Source of the DNA: Eubacteriales bacterium
Lineage (GTDB): Bacteria > Bacillota > Clostridia > Oscillospirales > CAG-272
Direction of reading: 5' to 3'
Length of the DNA: 64,000 nt
Assembly: GCA_045577415.1 (NCBI GenBank)
Contig: JAZNII010000052.1
Coordinates: forward strand, 992-64,991
In this document: positions 25,829 to 35,394 of the stretch, in pieces
Position numbering within the stretch: the stretch's first letter is position 1
Layout: the number at the start of each line of letters is the position of its first letter
Translations under genes and position numbers: made by a program
Notes under the pieces: generated by a model
Seen by the model: the letters and a program-made list of their open reading frames with translations, nothing else
The model's database searches: none
Told to the model about the DNA's origin: nothing

Positions 25829-26686
25829 TTATCTTTCCCCTCTGGCAATACTTGCCGCGGTGAGGGTATTTTTGAGAAGCATGGTGATAGTCATAGGACC
25901 TACGCCGCCGGGAACGGGGGTGATGTAGGATGCTTTAGGCTCGACCTCGGCAAAATCAACGTCGCCGACGAGCTTGCCGCTCTCAAGACGGTTAATTCCC
26001 ACGTCAACAACAACGGCTCCCTCCTTGACCATATCGCCTTTAACGAATTCGGGCTTACCGATTGAAGCCACGAGAATATCGGCTTCACGGCAGATCTCGG
26101 CAAGATTTTGCGTTCTGCTATGACAGATAGTCACCGTTCCGTGAGCATGAAGCAAAAGCATAGCCATAGGCTTACCCACGATATTGGAGCGACCGATAAC
26201 CACGCATTTTTTGCCCGAGACGTCAATTCCGCTCTTTTGGAGCAGAACCATAACGCCCGCAGGGGTGCAAGGCAGCAGGTCGTGGTTGCCGATCATAATT
26301 TTACCCACGTTATAGGGGTGGAACGCGTCAACGTCCTTTTCGGGCTTGATCTTCAAGAGAACTTCGGTCTCGTTAAGATGCTTTGGCAGAGGAAGCTGAA
26401 CCAAAATTCCGTGAATTTTGTCATCATTATTGAGCCTTTCAACAAGGGCGATAAGCTCCTCTTGCGTTGTCTCTGCGGGAAGCTCGTAGCTTTCGGAGTA
26501 AAATCCGACCTCCTCGCAGCCCTTCTTTTTATTTTTTACGTAGACCTGCGACGCAGGGTCATTTCCCACGATTATAACCGCCAAACCGGGGGCGGAGTCG
26601 TATTTCTCCTTGAATCTGACCACTTCTGCGGCGATCTCCTCTCTTACCTGCTTGGAAATTGCTTTTCCGTCAATTATCTGTGCCAT
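25829..26686 (-). CDS. folD: bifunctional methylenetetrahydrofolate dehydrogenase/cyclohydrolase FolD
   Basis: MAQIIDGKAISKQV.. N-terminus and the ILVQLPLP motif. The start at 26686 has a GGAGG RBS, and the first 17 nt overlap the end of lgt. Confidence 0.93.
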   Translation of the reverse strand: MAQIIDGKAISKQVREEIAAEVVRFKEKYDSAPGLAVIIVGNDPASQVYVKNKKKGCEEVGFYSESYELPAETTQEELIALVERLNNDDKIHGILVQLPLPKHLNETEVLLKIKPEKDVDAFHPYNVGKIMIGNHDLLPCTPAGVMVLLQKSGIDVSGKKCVVIGRSNIVGKPMAMLLLHAHGTVTICHSRTQNLAEICREADILVASIGKPEFVKGDMVKEGAVVVDVGINRLESGKLVGDVDFAEVEPKASYITPVPGGVGPMTITMLLKNTLTAASIARGER

Positions 26687-27767
26687 TTTCATTTTCCTCC
26701 GTTTCATTTGGAGTATTTTCCTCGGCTATCTCCCGTGCATCGGAGACGGGTTCGGTATTCTCTGTTTTTTCGGTCTTTTTTTCAAAGAATACGGGATTCA
26801 TAATAAGATCGGGCTTGATATAGTTATCAAAAGCGGAGAGCTGCGCGCCGCCCATATAAAGCTTTTTCTTTGAATAGATAAGACCTGCCACAAGCGCCGC
26901 GCCGAAAACAACGAAGCACACGATTCCCACCATCTGGGATATGCGGATAGCGGTGCCCGGAATATAAAGGCTATCGGTGCGAAGTCCCTCTATAAAGAAT
27001 CTGCCGAATCCGTACCATGCAAGATACATGCAAACTATCTGACCGTTAAATTTCTTCTTTTTGTAGAAGATATTTATAAGAATAAAGCCCGCAAGATTCC
27101 AAAGTGACTCATAAAGGAAGGTAGGATGAACGTCAACCGCTCCCAAGGGGTATCCGAGAAGCTCATCGCGCTGAGTATTATACGACTGAAGACTCATTCG
27201 CAGAAAGGACAGAGGGTGTCCCTCCTCTACCAAGCCGCCGTACGCCTCTCCGTTAAAAAAGTTGCCCCATCTTCCTAATGATTGCGCTATCATAACACCG
27301 GGTGCCGCCATATCGAAAAGCTTAAGAAAATTCATCTTCTTAACGCTTGTCACTATAATAATAGCTATAGCTCCGCCGATAATACCTCCGTATATGGCAA
27401 GACCGCCCGTGCGAAGATTAAATACATTTTTGATAAATTCGATAAAGTTTCCATCCTTTGGCATAAAGCTGTCGAGACTGGTCAGAACAAAATAAAGTCT
27501 TGCTCCTATCACACCCGAGATGATCGCCCAGAGCGCCACGTCGGTAATGTCGTCCAATTTAATACTCTCGTATTTGCCTCGATAAGTAACGTAAAGAAAC
27601 GCCAACACCATTCCGCAGGTAATGATAATTCCGTACCAATATACGGGAAAGCTACCGATCTTGATTCCGAAAAATCCCAAGATGTCGGCAATATTGAATG
27701 CCACGTTATTCAGCTCAAATTCGCCTATTCCAATTCCGGGAAAGGCTATTTTTGAAATATGTTCCAT
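26670..27767 (-). CDS. lgt: prolipoprotein diacylglyceryl transferase with an acidic C-terminal extension
   Basis: GRWGNFFNGEAYG signature and multiple TM helices. There is an extra Glu/Thr/Asn-rich tail of about 80 aa. Confidence 0.9.
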   Translation of the reverse strand: MEHISKIAFPGIGIGEFELNNVAFNIADILGFFGIKIGSFPVYWYGIIITCGMVLAFLYVTYRGKYESIKLDDITDVALWAIISGVIGARLYFVLTSLDSFMPKDGNFIEFIKNVFNLRTGGLAIYGGIIGGAIAIIIVTSVKKMNFLKLFDMAAPGVMIAQSLGRWGNFFNGEAYGGLVEEGHPLSFLRMSLQSYNTQRDELLGYPLGAVDVHPTFLYESLWNLAGFILINIFYKKKKFNGQIVCMYLAWYGFGRFFIEGLRTDSLYIPGTAIRISQMVGIVCFVVFGAALVAGLIYSKKKLYMGGAQLSAFDNYIKPDLIMNPVFFEKKTEKTENTEPVSDAREIAEENTPNETEENENGTDN

Positions 27768-27783
27768 AATATCCTCCTGTGTT

Positions 27784-29064
27784 TTATTCGGGTCTTATGA
27801 CGGACAAGGTAAAGCGCTCATCCTCAAAGACTCTATTCAAAAGCTCGGTAACGTAATCAAACGTAATGCTTTCTATGATCCTCGGTTGCTCGAAAAGGTC
27901 AATTCCGTCGTAAGCGTAGCTGGTCAGTGCAAAAGCTATGTCCTCGGTGGAATCAAAATCTGAAATATAGGACGCGTAAACGCATTTCTTTTCTCTCTCG
28001 AAATCCTCTCTGTCAAGTCCGTTCTCGCGGCACTCGGAAATACGCTCCTTTATCTTTTCAAGCAGAGTTTCGGGAACGTCGCTCTCACCCGAGATCATAA
28101 TGTAAGCCGTATTTGGGCTTGCGGAATATCCGCTGTCAAATCCCGGAGATACGATCCCCTGCTCCAGCATATCGAGATAAAACTCGCCCGCCTCGGAGAG
28201 CATCATGTGAAGCAGAATGTTCATTCCCTCCACCTTTTTGTATCGCTCGATCGGCGACAATGGAATGTCGCAATCCTTGACACCTATGCAGAAAAGCGGC
28301 TTGCCTACGGGCATTTTTCTTTCAACGTAATGATTTTTCACTTCGCGCGGCTCGTCAAAAGGGGCAAAAGACGAACAGAAGTTACGCTTCTCTTTACCTA
28401 TCTCCCTATCGACTATCTCAACAGTCTCCTCTGCCGTAATGTTTCCGCAGATACAGAGAACCATATTTTCGGGAGTGTAAAAATCACGGCAGCAGCGGTA
28501 CAGCACCTCGGGGGTTATCCTTGATATAGACTCCTCGCTTCCGCAGATCTCATTTTTGACGGGATTGGCGAAATACATCGCGCTAAGCATATTCATATAG
28601 CAACGGTCGTAAGGATCGTCCATACATCCGCGTATTTCCTCGGCGATAATGCCGATCTCCTTTTTCACGGTCTTTTCGGTGAAATAAGGGTGAGTAACGA
28701 AGCTTAAAAGCTCGGAAAGAGCTTCGCGGACGTTTTCGGTAGCCGAGAAAAGGTAGGCGGTGCGCTCGTTTGAGGTGTAAGCATTGTCGTATGCGCCGAG
28801 AGACGAAAAAACGTCGTCTGCATTGCTTCCGTCCTCGTTTTCAAAGAGCTTATGCTCAAGAAAATGGGCGCATCCCTGAGGCAGACTGACCTTTTCGCCG
28901 CCGCAGTCGTATTCTATGGCGTTGCCGCCGAAATTGACCGAAAAAATGCCGTATGTAGTAGACAGATTTTTAGGGAAAACGAACACGCTAAGTCCGCTGT
29001 CGTGGTTTATTTTGTAATAATGCTCGCCGAGAAGCGAGGACTCAAATCGCTTGATCTCACTCAT
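27784..29064 (-). CDS. M16 (pitrilysin/insulinase) family zinc peptidase
   Basis: HFLEHKLF contains the inverted zinc motif HxxEH. Confidence 0.85.
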   Translation of the reverse strand: MSEIKRFESSLLGEHYYKINHDSGLSVFVFPKNLSTTYGIFSVNFGGNAIEYDCGGEKVSLPQGCAHFLEHKLFENEDGSNADDVFSSLGAYDNAYTSNERTAYLFSATENVREALSELLSFVTHPYFTEKTVKKEIGIIAEEIRGCMDDPYDRCYMNMLSAMYFANPVKNEICGSEESISRITPEVLYRCCRDFYTPENMVLCICGNITAEETVEIVDREIGKEKRNFCSSFAPFDEPREVKNHYVERKMPVGKPLFCIGVKDCDIPLSPIERYKKVEGMNILLHMMLSEAGEFYLDMLEQGIVSPGFDSGYSASPNTAYIMISGESDVPETLLEKIKERISECRENGLDREDFEREKKCVYASYISDFDSTEDIAFALTSYAYDGIDLFEQPRIIESITFDYVTELLNRVFEDERFTLSVIRPE

Positions 29065-30367
29065 CGTATTCGTCCTCCTCTCCCGTTCCGCAAAGGAAAT
29101 ATACGGTATCTATCCGCACTTTTTGCGCCACCGCGACGATCTCGTCTTTGGTGACCGCTTTTATTTTATCCGCTACGTCCTCGGCACTTTCGTCAACGCC
29201 TGCCAGAAATCTTCTGAACTTGAACGCTTCTATCGCCGACGGACTGTCCGACATTTGCAAAAGTCCCGACAAAATGGTGCACTTTGCCGTCTCAATATCC
29301 TGCTCCGAAAAGCTTCCTTTTTGCATTTCAAGGAGCTGATTTTTTATTTCGGCATAAGCCTTTTCTCTGTTTTCTCGCTTGATGCCGCATCCGATCATCA
29401 ACGTTCCCGTAGCCGAGCTGTACGAGGAGTAGCAATAGTAGCAAAGGCTCAGCCTTTCTCTGGCGTTCATAAAGAGCTTGGCAACCGACGAGCCGCCAAA
29501 TATCTCGTTAAAAAGGCTCATGGCGTAGTAGTCACTGTCCTTCATGACAACGCCGCTTGTGCATCCAACGTTAAGTCTGCACTGCGACACGTTCATGGTC
29601 TCGTCAAGGGTTTTCAAATTAGCACAATCTTCGCGTAAAAATCCTTTTTCCTCACCAAAAAGCGATACCGACGAGCGACCGATTTTCGCAAATCTTTCGC
29701 TGACCAGATCTATTACCTCGCTTACGTCGTCGCTACCAACGTAGAAACATTCGAGGATCGAATTTTTGAGAAAATATTCAACGTTTTCACTTACCGACTT
29801 AAGGGTGATCTTCTCTAACTGCTCTGCCGTTCCCTCGACGGATATGCCCGACGGATCCCCTTCAAGCATAAGGCTTTTGCACCTTTCTGCCGCATACGCC
29901 TTCTGATCGTTTATCTTGGCTTTTATAGCGTCAATAGCAAGCTTCTTTTCGCTTTCAAAGTTACTCTCGGAGAGAAGTCCGTTTTCATCGCGGAGAGGCG
30001 CGAAAAGTATCTCTAAAATGACCTCGCAAACGCCCTTGACAATGCTATCACTGTCACCCTTGAACCTGTATCTGTCGCTTAATACCTCACAAGATATTCT
30101 GAAAGCGTGACGCTCGCCGACCGAGGTCGCGCGCCACGTGACGGTTGAACCGTAAAGCTGGTCAAGTCTCTTATTTATAGCGACCACAGAGGGGTATTTT
30201 TCGCATCCTCGCATCATTGTGGCAAGCATAAGTCTTGTCCTCGGCGATCTTTCGGCATCGGCGGGCAATATAAAATTGAATGACAGGCGCGACATTTTAA
30301 ATCGGTCTGTCCTTACCTTATGAAAACGCAGACCTGCGTCGGCTCTCTCAACTGTTCTTTCTATCAT
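29057..30367 (-). CDS. M16 family peptidase-like partner (no HxxEH motif seen)
   Basis: 436-aa M16-like protein that overlaps the downstream M16 gene by 8 nt, the typical paired arrangement. Confidence 0.75.
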   Translation of the reverse strand: MIERTVERADAGLRFHKVRTDRFKMSRLSFNFILPADAERSPRTRLMLATMMRGCEKYPSVVAINKRLDQLYGSTVTWRATSVGERHAFRISCEVLSDRYRFKGDSDSIVKGVCEVILEILFAPLRDENGLLSESNFESEKKLAIDAIKAKINDQKAYAAERCKSLMLEGDPSGISVEGTAEQLEKITLKSVSENVEYFLKNSILECFYVGSDDVSEVIDLVSERFAKIGRSSVSLFGEEKGFLREDCANLKTLDETMNVSQCRLNVGCTSGVVMKDSDYYAMSLFNEIFGGSSVAKLFMNARERLSLCYYCYSSYSSATGTLMIGCGIKRENREKAYAEIKNQLLEMQKGSFSEQDIETAKCTILSGLLQMSDSPSAIEAFKFRRFLAGVDESAEDVADKIKAVTKDEIVAVAQKVRIDTVYFLCGTGEEDEYDE

Positions 30368-30510
30368 TTCTGACCTTTATCCCCCGATAAGCGAGAGATA
30401 AATTCCTTTCAAATACATATTTAATATATTTTACACTATTTCTGTTCTTTTTTCAAGTGGAATTTATAATTTAATTCTTTTTTTGAAAAAGTTCTTGGAA
30501 GACAGGAGGT

Positions 30511-30554
30511 GTGGGGGAAAGAGACCTTCATTCAAGAAGGTCTCTTTCCCCCAC
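30511..30554. repeat. 19-bp perfect hairpin GTGGGGGAAAGAGACCTTC / GAAGGTCTCTTTCCCCCAC
   Basis: It lies just downstream of the mrp stop codon. It is probably a terminator-like element, although the U-tract on the minus strand is poor. Confidence 0.6.
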
Positions 30555-30563
30555 AAAACTCTT

Positions 30564-31400
30564 TTATTTATTACACTTCTCGATTATCTTGTCTGCCGCC
30601 GCGCTAAGGTAGTCGCAGTTTGCCGACTCTATTCTGCCGTTGTCCACGAACGCCGCCACCTGAGGGTCGATCGGAACCTTTGCGAGCAGGTCGTAACCGA
30701 ACTCATTCGCGATGTCGTCGATATGGCTCTCACCAAACACACGGATCTCCTTACCGCAATCGGGACACTTGATATAGCTCATATTTTCAACGAGACCGAG
30801 GACGGGTATCTGCATCATATCCGCCATATTAGCCGCTTTCTTAACGATCATAGCAACGAGATCCTGAGGACCCGAAACGATCACGCAACCGTCGATCGGA
30901 ATACTCTGGAAAACGGTAAGCGGAACGTCGCCCGTGCCGGGAGGGCAGTCGATGAGAAGATAGTCAAGGTCGCCCCAAGCGCAGTCTGTCCAGAACTGAC
31001 GGACAGTACCCGAAATAATAGAGCCTCTCCAGACCACGGGCGCGCTCTCGTCGTCAAGCATAAGATTGACCGACATGATTTTAATTCCCGTAGCTGTTTC
31101 GGGAGGAAGCATATTTCCCTCTCCGTCGCCCTCAACATCGGCGTGCATACCGAACGCTTTTGGGATAGAGGGACCTGTGATGTCGGCGTCGAGAATACCG
31201 ACCTTATATCCCTTTCTGCTGAGATTTACCGCAAGCATAGAGGTAACGAGAGACTTACCTACGCCTCCCTTTCCGCTCATTACCGCGATTATGTGCTTTA
31301 CGTTGCTGTATTTGTTAGGCTCGTCCTTGGGAATGCCGCCCGATTTGGACGGACAGTTCAAGCCACAAGTGGAACAGTCGTGTGTGCATCCTTCTGCCAT
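30564..31400 (-). CDS. Mrp/NBP35/ApbC family Fe-S cluster carrier ATPase
   Basis: Deviant Walker A SGKGGVGKS, an N-terminal Cys cluster MAEGCTHDCSTCGLNC and a CPxC-type motif (KCPDCG). Confidence 0.88.
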   Translation of the reverse strand: MAEGCTHDCSTCGLNCPSKSGGIPKDEPNKYSNVKHIIAVMSGKGGVGKSLVTSMLAVNLSRKGYKVGILDADITGPSIPKAFGMHADVEGDGEGNMLPPETATGIKIMSVNLMLDDESAPVVWRGSIISGTVRQFWTDCAWGDLDYLLIDCPPGTGDVPLTVFQSIPIDGCVIVSGPQDLVAMIVKKAANMADMMQIPVLGLVENMSYIKCPDCGKEIRVFGESHIDDIANEFGYDLLAKVPIDPQVAAFVDNGRIESANCDYLSAAADKIIEKCNK

Positions 31401-31547
31401 TTCAAACCTCCGAAATATATTTAAAGATAAATTTTACCAAACGTAATTATACAACATTATTCGCCAAAAAGCAATAGCTATTTCAAAAATTAAAAAATAA
31501 AAAGGAATCCCTCGAGGAATTCCTTTTTATTTTCTGCTTTGTGTCAA

Positions 31548-31739
31548 TTAAGCCTCTTTTACGTTGAGAACCTTCTTGCCGTTGTAGAAGCCGCAAACCT
31601 TGCATACGCAGTGGGGCTTGAGCATCTCGGAGCAAGCGGGGTTGGAGCATTTAACAAGTCCGGGCATAGTGAGCTTGGAGTTGTTGCTTCTTCTCTTATC
31701 TCTGCGTGCTTTGGACACTTTTCTCTTCGGTACTGCCAT
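31548..31739 (-). CDS. rpmF: 50S ribosomal protein L32
   Basis: MAVPKRKVSKARRDKRR.. with a zinc-ribbon C-terminus. The start is at 31739, so the ORF-track extension is rejected. Confidence 0.93.
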   Translation of the reverse strand: MAVPKRKVSKARRDKRRSNNSKLTMPGLVKCSNPACSEMLKPHCVCKVCGFYNGKKVLNVKEA

Positions 31740-31814
31740 TGTGAAACCTCCTCTCGAAAACGCTTTTCGCATTTTCGAATATAAATAAATTATTTTTTAC
31801 TGTTTTGGGGGCGT

Positions 31815-32333
31815 TTATTTGTCTTCTTCCTTGTTAAGGAGCTGCGCTAAGACCGCAAGACGCGGGTCGATCTCCTTTTTGGGGCAACCGCAGTCACCGC
31901 CCTTGAGAGATTTTCCGCATTTGGGGCAAAGTCCGGGGCAATCCTCGGAGCAAAGTATCTTACGGGGGAAATCAAGAAGAAGCGCTTCGGCGAGCTGCTC
32001 GTCGATGTCAAGACGACCGTTTTCAACAATAACGTACTCGTCTACGTTGTCCTCTATCTGTTCCTCGGTAAGGGTACCCTCGTCGGCTACCACTCTTTCA
32101 AAGTCAAGCACGAATTCACCCTCGACGGTATCGAGACACCTGTCGCACTCGGTCTCATACGCAAGCTGAGCCTGAGCCTTCAGTTGCATGTAACCTGCAC
32201 TGTCGGTTATCTCTCCCGTAACGAGCGCGTCGTCCTTGAAGCTGACTCTGTCCATGGGGATGGGTTCAAGCTTGTACTCAAATGTTATTCGGTTTTTCTC
32301 TCCCCTGAGGAGAGGACCTACGTCCAAAATCAT
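31815..32333 (-). CDS. yceD: YceD/DUF177 family protein
   Basis: It sits upstream of rpmF as in many bacteria and has a C-terminal cysteine pair region CSEDCPGLCPKCG..CGC. The start at 32333 has an AGGGTGGA RBS. Confidence 0.85.
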   Translation of the reverse strand: MILDVGPLLRGEKNRITFEYKLEPIPMDRVSFKDDALVTGEITDSAGYMQLKAQAQLAYETECDRCLDTVEGEFVLDFERVVADEGTLTEEQIEDNVDEYVIVENGRLDIDEQLAEALLLDFPRKILCSEDCPGLCPKCGKSLKGGDCGCPKKEIDPRLAVLAQLLNKEEDK

Positions 32334-32376
32334 ACAAATTCCACCCTTCATCAAGACATAAAACGCGACTTTAATT

Positions 32377-32405
32377 ATTATACATAAGAAATTGCGATTT
32401 GTCAA
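32377..32405 (-). promoter_or_regulatory. sigma-A promoter of yceD-rpmF
   Basis: On the minus strand TTGACA (32405-32400), a 17-nt spacer, then TATAAT (32382-32377). Confidence 0.6.
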
Positions 32406-32545
32406 GAGTTTTTTTCATTTTTGTGGGGGGATTTTTAGATTTTTTTGTTTTACTATGTTACTACTCATCCACCACTGCGTGGTCCCCCTTCCCTCACAAG
32501 GGAAGGCTATAAAATGAGCGCCCACGGTGTGAGCGCCCATAAAAA

Positions 32546-35200
32546 TTATTCTTCGGGAACGTAATTGTAAATTATAGTTGCGTTTTTGAGTTCGGAGTTA
32601 GGGGAAGCTATGTTGATTGCCGCCCAATCCTCCTCACTTCCAGTATAACAAACAATTTTAAGACTGTTACAATTATCGAACGCTATCGCTCCGATGCTTG
32701 TAACACCGCAAACTATAGTCACGCTCGTAAGTTTTGAACAGTTTACGAATGCTCCACCGTCAATGTGGGTGATGCTACCCGGTATAGTTATGCTCGTAAG
32801 GTTTACGCAATTATAGAATGCGTAAATTCCAATTCTAGTAATACCGTCAGGAATAGTGAAACTTGTATCAGCTTTGCCAATTGCATACTGAATAAGCGTA
32901 CCGTCTTTGCTATACAAATTACCGTCTATTGACTTATAATTCGCATTGTTCTTGTTTACAGTTATATTCTCAAGATTTGTGCAATTATATAGCGCATACT
33001 CTCCAATGCTTGTAACGCTGTCGGGGATTTCTATGCTCTTAAGGCTTCTGCAATTATATAACGCACACTCACCAATGCTTGTGACATCGTCAGGAATAGT
33101 GAAACTTGTATCAGTTTTGCCAATTGCATACTGGATAAGCGTGCCGTCTTTGCCATACAAATTACCGTCTATTGACTTATAATTCGCATTATTCTCGTCC
33201 ACAGTTATATGCTCAAGATTTGCGCAATTATAGAACGTACCCTCACCAATACTTGTAACACTGTCGGGGATAGTTATGTTCGTAAGGCTCGAGCAACCAG
33301 AGAACGCATAATCGCCAATGCTTGTGACACTGTCGCCGATTTCTATGCTCGTTAGGCTTCTGCAATAGTCGAACGCATAATCGGCAATTCCAACAGTATT
33401 CGTTCTCAACGATACGGAAGTAACAGAAGTATCGCAATCAATAACCCATTTATCAACATATGATACACCGTTTTCTGTTTGTATCAGCGCTTCGCAATCC
33501 GCGAACGCAGAAGAACTAATGCTTGTGACACTATCTGGGATTTCTATTCTCGCAAGGCTTGTGCAACCGGAGAACGCATATTTCCCAATGTTTGTTACAC
33601 TGTCGCCGATAGTTACGTTCGTAAGGCTTGTGCAACCAGAGAACGCAAAAGAACCAATGCTTGTGACACTGTCGCCGATAGTTACGCTCGTAAGGCTTGT
33701 GCAACAGTCGAACGCATTTTTCTCAATACTTGTGACACCATCGGGAATTACTACGCACGCAAGGCTTGTGCAATTAGAGAACGCATAAGAATCAATGTTT
33801 GTGACACTGTCGCCGATAGTTACGCTCATAAGACTTGTGCAATTAGAGAACGTAGCTCTACCAATGCTTGTGACACTGTCGCCGATTTCTACGCTCGTAA
33901 GGCTTCTGCAATAGTCGAACGCATAATTACCAATGTTTGTGACACTGTCGCCGATAGTTACGCTCTCAAGGCTTCTGCACTCACAGAACGCCTCCTCACC
34001 AATGCTTGTGACACCCTCTGGGATTTCTATACTCGTAAGTCTTATGCAATAATAGAACGCATAATCGGCAATTCCAACAGTATTCGTTCTCAACGATACG
34101 GAAGCAACAGAAGTATCGCAATCAATAACCCATTTATCAACGTATGATACACCGTTTTCTGTTTGTATCAATGCTTCGCAACTAAAGAACGCCATATCAC
34201 CGATGCTTGTGACACTGTCGGGAATTTCTATGCTCGTAAGACTTGCGCAATCGTAGAACGCATGATCACCAATGCTTGTGACACTGTCGGGGATATTTAT
34301 GCTTGTAAGGCTTGTGCAAAAATAGAACGCATAATCACCAATGCTTGTGACACTGTCGGGGATATTTATGCTCGTAAGGCTTGTGCAACCATAGAACGCA
34401 TAATCGCCAATGCTTGTGACACCGTTGGGGATAATTATGCTCGTAAGGATTGAGCAATCGTAGAACGCATGATCACCAATGCTTGTGACACTGTCGGGAA
34501 TAGTTATGCTCGTAAGGCTTGAGCAACCGTAGAACGCCGAAATACCAACGCTTGTAACACTGTCGGGGATTACTACGCTCGTAAGACTATCGCAATTTGC
34601 GAACGCCAAATAACCAATGCTTGTGACACTGTCTCCTTCTGGTGATGTTAAAGGAATAACAATATCATTATCGGTACAAGTTCCTATTCCTCTAACATAG
34701 CAGGAGCCATCGCCATTTGATGTAAATTTAAGTCCTTCGCTTGGTGCAAATTCGTTGCCACACACGGAGCAAACATAATTTACGAGTTTGTGATCAGTTG
34801 TAGGTAACTCCATGTATGTAGTATATTCGCATCTCGAACAGTTTGCGTAAGCATCCCAGCCGCTTTCAGTACAAGTAGGTGCTTGTGCTTCATGGGTTAT
34901 TTCATTATGACCCAGTGCGTCAATTGTTTTTGTCTCTTTTTCTCCGCAAGCACAATTACGCTCTTGCTCACCCTTTTCGGTACAGGCGGGTTCTTTGGTT
35001 GTGATCCATTCGCTGAAGACGTGACTGTGTGGAGCGTTGGTTTCTTCACCGTCATCAGTTTGAGTTGACTCGGTATTGCCGTCATCGGGCTGAGTGGACT
35101 CGGTGCTACCGTCATTCTTATTTCCAAAATCGCACGCAGCGAAAGTGGTCAACGCAAGGCAAACGATCAGCAAAAGGGCTAAAAGCTTTGTTTTCTTCAT
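32546..35200 (-). CDS. BspA-type leucine-rich-repeat surface lipoprotein
   Basis: Signal peptide with lipobox (LTTFAAC) and an N-terminal Cys/His-rich segment. About 25 LRR units of the type IPDSVTSIGDYAFxxCxSLTS follow. The gene is highly repetitive at the DNA level. Confidence 0.88.
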   Translation of the reverse strand: MKKTKLLALLLIVCLALTTFAACDFGNKNDGSTESTQPDDGNTESTQTDDGEETNAPHSHVFSEWITTKEPACTEKGEQERNCACGEKETKTIDALGHNEITHEAQAPTCTESGWDAYANCSRCEYTTYMELPTTDHKLVNYVCSVCGNEFAPSEGLKFTSNGDGSCYVRGIGTCTDNDIVIPLTSPEGDSVTSIGYLAFANCDSLTSVVIPDSVTSVGISAFYGCSSLTSITIPDSVTSIGDHAFYDCSILTSIIIPNGVTSIGDYAFYGCTSLTSINIPDSVTSIGDYAFYFCTSLTSINIPDSVTSIGDHAFYDCASLTSIEIPDSVTSIGDMAFFSCEALIQTENGVSYVDKWVIDCDTSVASVSLRTNTVGIADYAFYYCIRLTSIEIPEGVTSIGEEAFCECRSLESVTIGDSVTNIGNYAFDYCRSLTSVEIGDSVTSIGRATFSNCTSLMSVTIGDSVTNIDSYAFSNCTSLACVVIPDGVTSIEKNAFDCCTSLTSVTIGDSVTSIGSFAFSGCTSLTNVTIGDSVTNIGKYAFSGCTSLARIEIPDSVTSISSSAFADCEALIQTENGVSYVDKWVIDCDTSVTSVSLRTNTVGIADYAFDYCRSLTSIEIGDSVTSIGDYAFSGCSSLTNITIPDSVTSIGEGTFYNCANLEHITVDENNANYKSIDGNLYGKDGTLIQYAIGKTDTSFTIPDDVTSIGECALYNCRSLKSIEIPDSVTSIGEYALYNCTNLENITVNKNNANYKSIDGNLYSKDGTLIQYAIGKADTSFTIPDGITRIGIYAFYNCVNLTSITIPGSITHIDGGAFVNCSKLTSVTIVCGVTSIGAIAFDNCNSLKIVCYTGSEEDWAAINIASPNSELKNATIIYNYVPEE

Positions 35201-35394
35201 TGTTTTTCTCCTTTAAATGAAAAATAAAAAGTGCGCAGCCGAAGCTACGCACAAAAAATACGTCGCTCCATTTGCTGCGACACAATTTCGTAAACCCTAA
35301 TCTAAAAGTAGAATGCGAAAAAGGAGTACGTATTTTTATCATATAATAAAAATACCCACTTTTAGATAGGATTATTTAATTGTGTCGCACCCTC
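35201..35394 (-). promoter_or_regulatory. structured 5' leader of the LRR lipoprotein gene (rod-like helix, anti-SD, terminator/antiterminator)
   Basis: Three stacked helices form a rod. The first pairs 35389-35378 with 35287-35276 (12 bp). The second pairs 35373-35367 with 35299-35293 (7 bp). The third pairs 35365-35358 with 35309-35302 (8 bp). A 10-bp AU hairpin spans 35355-35330, and CUCCUUU sits at 35326-35320. The terminator is listed separately. Confidence 0.55.
35221..35252 (-). terminator. intrinsic terminator inside the LRR gene leader (attenuator)
   Basis: The minus-strand RNA reads GUGCGUAGC UUCG GCUGCGCAC UUUUUAUUUUU, a 9-bp stem with a UUCG tetraloop. It ends about 20 nt before the RBS. 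No upstream co-directional gene exists that it could terminate. Confidence 0.7.

Noticed and set aside
32546-35200. Regular repeat periodicity of about 66-70 nt, which could be mistaken for a CRISPR-like or tandem-repeat array
   Set aside because: The periodicity sits in one uninterrupted 884-codon frame encoding LRR units (..IPDSVTSIGDYAF..C.SLTS..). The repeats are degenerate, not identical with unique spacers. No cas genes are present.
35276-35389. An invertible promoter (phase-variation switch): 12-bp perfect inverted repeats flank a 90-bp segment that contains TATAAT facing away from the LRR gene
   Set aside because: A complete consensus promoter for the LRR gene lies outside the segment (35395-35423). 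The internal TATAAT has no -35 element. The interior is itself base-paired with compensating G-U pairs on the minus strand, which indicates RNA structure. No site-specific recombinase gene is nearby. The idea is still testable by looking for both orientations in reads.
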